A stretch of 64,000 nt of DNA from Candidatus Obscuribacteraceae bacterium. Its GTDB lineage: Bacteria > Cyanobacteriota > Vampirovibrionia > Obscuribacterales > Obscuribacteraceae. The notes under the pieces were generated by a model. That model searched no databases. It was not told where the DNA came from and saw nothing but the letters and a program-made list of their open reading frames with translations. The stretch lies in the NCBI GenBank assembly GCA_044226015.1, contig JBGAHS010000008.1, positions 192,001 through 256,000 of the forward strand. Reading direction: 5' to 3'. Made by a program: the position numbers and the translations under genes. Shown piece after piece: positions 52,901 to 55,900 of this stretch (the first letter of the stretch is position 1; the number at the start of each line of letters is the position of its first letter).

Positions 52901-55900
52901 CAGCACCAACAGAATTGGAAGCATCGAGCGTTCCGGTGCCAGTCATGGAGAAAGAGCCGGCAGTATTTTGAATTAAAAGTGCACTAGCGCTTGCAGAGGT
53001 CGTAGCGAGAGTTCCGTTGTTGGAGAGTGTGCCGCCAACTTCATTAACAGTTAAAATTCCAGCTGACTGAACTTTGACACCTGAAACAGTAATATCTTTC
53101 GCAGCACCGCCAACGACACCAATGGTTGTCGCACCACCAAAGGACAGGGTGCTTCCCGTATTAGCTTGTTGGAACGCGACACCACCCGAAGTGTTATCCA
53201 AAATCGAATAGGTACCGGTACCGGTGAATGTAGCTGTGCCAGCAACTCCGGACACGTTAACAGTTATTGCGCCACTCGAATTAGGAGTGATGCTGACATT
53301 CTTGTTACCAGTGAGAGTTTGATTCATTCCACTGGCGAAATTGACAGTGCCCCCACCAACTGGACTAAACCGCACTGAACCACCGACTCCCGAAGCGTCG
53401 ATAGCACCCGTTCCACTCACCGTGAAATTACCAGTGCTAGCAAAGGTGACCGAGTTCGCAGCAGCCAATGTGGATCGCAGAGTGCCACTGTTGACTACAG
53501 TTGCGCCGGAATTGGCTTGCAGCGTCAACTGAGCAGCACTTGAAACAGTGCCCGAGTTAGTAGTCGTGCCACCATTCTGCGTGATTACTGTAGCACCAGT
53601 GTTGGTCGAAGAAAGATTCGCACCAATGCTAATGTTGCCAGTCGCCGTGATGTTTGTTGGCCCTGCATGGTTGAGAATACTCGATGCGTTTGCTGCGTTT
53701 AGCGTGACCCCACCCGAAGCATTCTCTGTTATGTTCAAAATCCCAGTGCCAGAGAGAGAAGCTGTACCAGCAGCCCCTGATACATTTACAGTGAGCGAAC
53801 CTGCGCTGTTAGGCTGTATTGTGAGAGTTCTAGCTCCAGTATTCTGAGTCGTTCCACTGGCGAAATTAACAGTGCCGCCTCCAGCCGGAGAAATCAGCAC
53901 GGTGCCAGTACCGGCAGAAGCAGTCAGACTTCCCGTCCCACTAATCGTGAGGTTACTAGTACTCTGAACTGAGACAGCCGTTCCACCAGCAAAGCTACTT
54001 GAAACCGTTCCATTGTTAGTGAATGTTCCACCATTAGTATTGACTGTGATGACACCAGCGCTGTTGACTGTCAGCCCGGTGGCTGTCTGAATCGTACCAG
54101 TACTCGTGATGGCAGTTGTAGAACCGAAGCTAAGTGTAGACCCAGCGCTTGCAGTAGTGAAACTGACACCACCACCTGCACCACTATCGGTGACAGAAAA
54201 GTTGCCGGCACCAGTGAAAGACCCAGTACCAGCAGCCCCAGACATATTGACCGTGATGCTGCCGGCAGTCGATGGGACAATTGACAGGTTGCCGGTAACT
54301 GCCTGAGTGAGGTTGGCAGCTGCTAGGGATAAGGTGCCACCGCCGGCAGGGCTTATGCGCACGGTGTTGCCGGCTCCCGCATTCAAAGCGCCTGTAGTTC
54401 CCTGAACGGTAAGGTTACCAGTACTAGTCACTACGACATTGGTACCAGAAGCAGTGCTGGCGATGGTGCCGGAATTCGAGAGTGTACCACCGTTGACGTT
54501 CAGCGTGAACACGCCCGAACTACGCACAGTCATGTTGGCCGGAGTAGTTATGGTACCAGTCGTGGTAACAGATATTGGCGCCCCGAACGCGAGCGTACTA
54601 TTCACAGTTGCCTGCGCGAACGTGACACCACCACCAGCGCCACTGTCATTTATCGTGTAAGTTCCACCAGATAGAGTCGCAGTCCCAGCGGCTCCTGCTA
54701 CGCGCACGGTCAGTCCGCCAGCACTGCTAGGCAACATAGCTACAGTACTGGTACCAGCTACGGTCTGATTCGTCCCCGAAGGCAGGGTTATGGTGCCACC
54801 ACCGGTAGCTGTCATACGGACAGAACCAGAAAGAGTGTTTACATTTATATTGCCAGTTCCAGCTAATGTAAGATTGTTGCCAGAGCTTTGCATTACAAAG
54901 TTGTTTGCCGTGCCAGAACTATTAGCAATCGTACCGTTGTTGGTTATCTGTCCCGTTTGAGAGATATTAAAGGTTAAAGTACCTGATGTTTCTGAAATCG
55001 TGGCGCCGCTGCCGACAGATATCTGTCCGGTACCGGTTGTAGTAACGGTGGTGCTTCCGCCGAGCTGCAATGTGCCGTTGGTGAAGCCGACGCTATTGTT
55101 GGCGCCGTTCGCCGCGATTGTGTAGGAACCGCCAGTGAACGCAGCAGTTCCAGAAGCCGGAACATTCAAGGTAATGCTACCAGCCGCGACAGGGGCTACA
55201 GATAGCACCTTGTTAGAACTTATGCTCTGGTTTAGTCCATTCAAGAAATTGATGGTGCCGCCGGCGCCTGTACCTAGAGCGACGTTTGTGACTCCTGCAG
55301 AACTGCTCGCGTCTAGCGTTCCAGTTCCTGCAAACGAGAAGGAACCTGCGGTATTCTGAATAAGGATAGAATTCGCACTTGCGGAAGTAGAAACGAGGCT
55401 TCCATTGTTAGTAAAAGTACCGCCAACTTCATTCACCGTCAAAATTCCAGCGGACTGAACTTTAACACCAGAAACAGTGATATCTTTTGCGGCACCGCCA
55501 GCAACACCAATGGTCGTAGCACCACCGAAGGAAATAGAGCTTCCAGCATTTGACTGTTGCAACGTAACCCCACCTGATGTACTATCTGAGATGGAATAGG
55601 TTCCAGTTCCGGTGAACGTCGCAGTCCCAGCCGCTCCCGATACGTTGACAGTTATTGCACCATTAGTGTTCGGAGTGATACTGACATTTTTATTCGCAGT
55701 GATGGTCTGGCTCATTCCGCTAGCAAAGTTTACCGTGCCACCACCAGCAGGGCTTATGAGCACAGAGCCACCGACACCAGAAGCATCTAGCGCACCAGTT
55801 CCACTCACACTGAAGCTGCCAGTGCTTCTCAAAGCCACCGAGTTAGCCGCAGCCTGAGAAGAACGAAGAGTCCCGTTATTAATTATGGAAGCACCAGTAT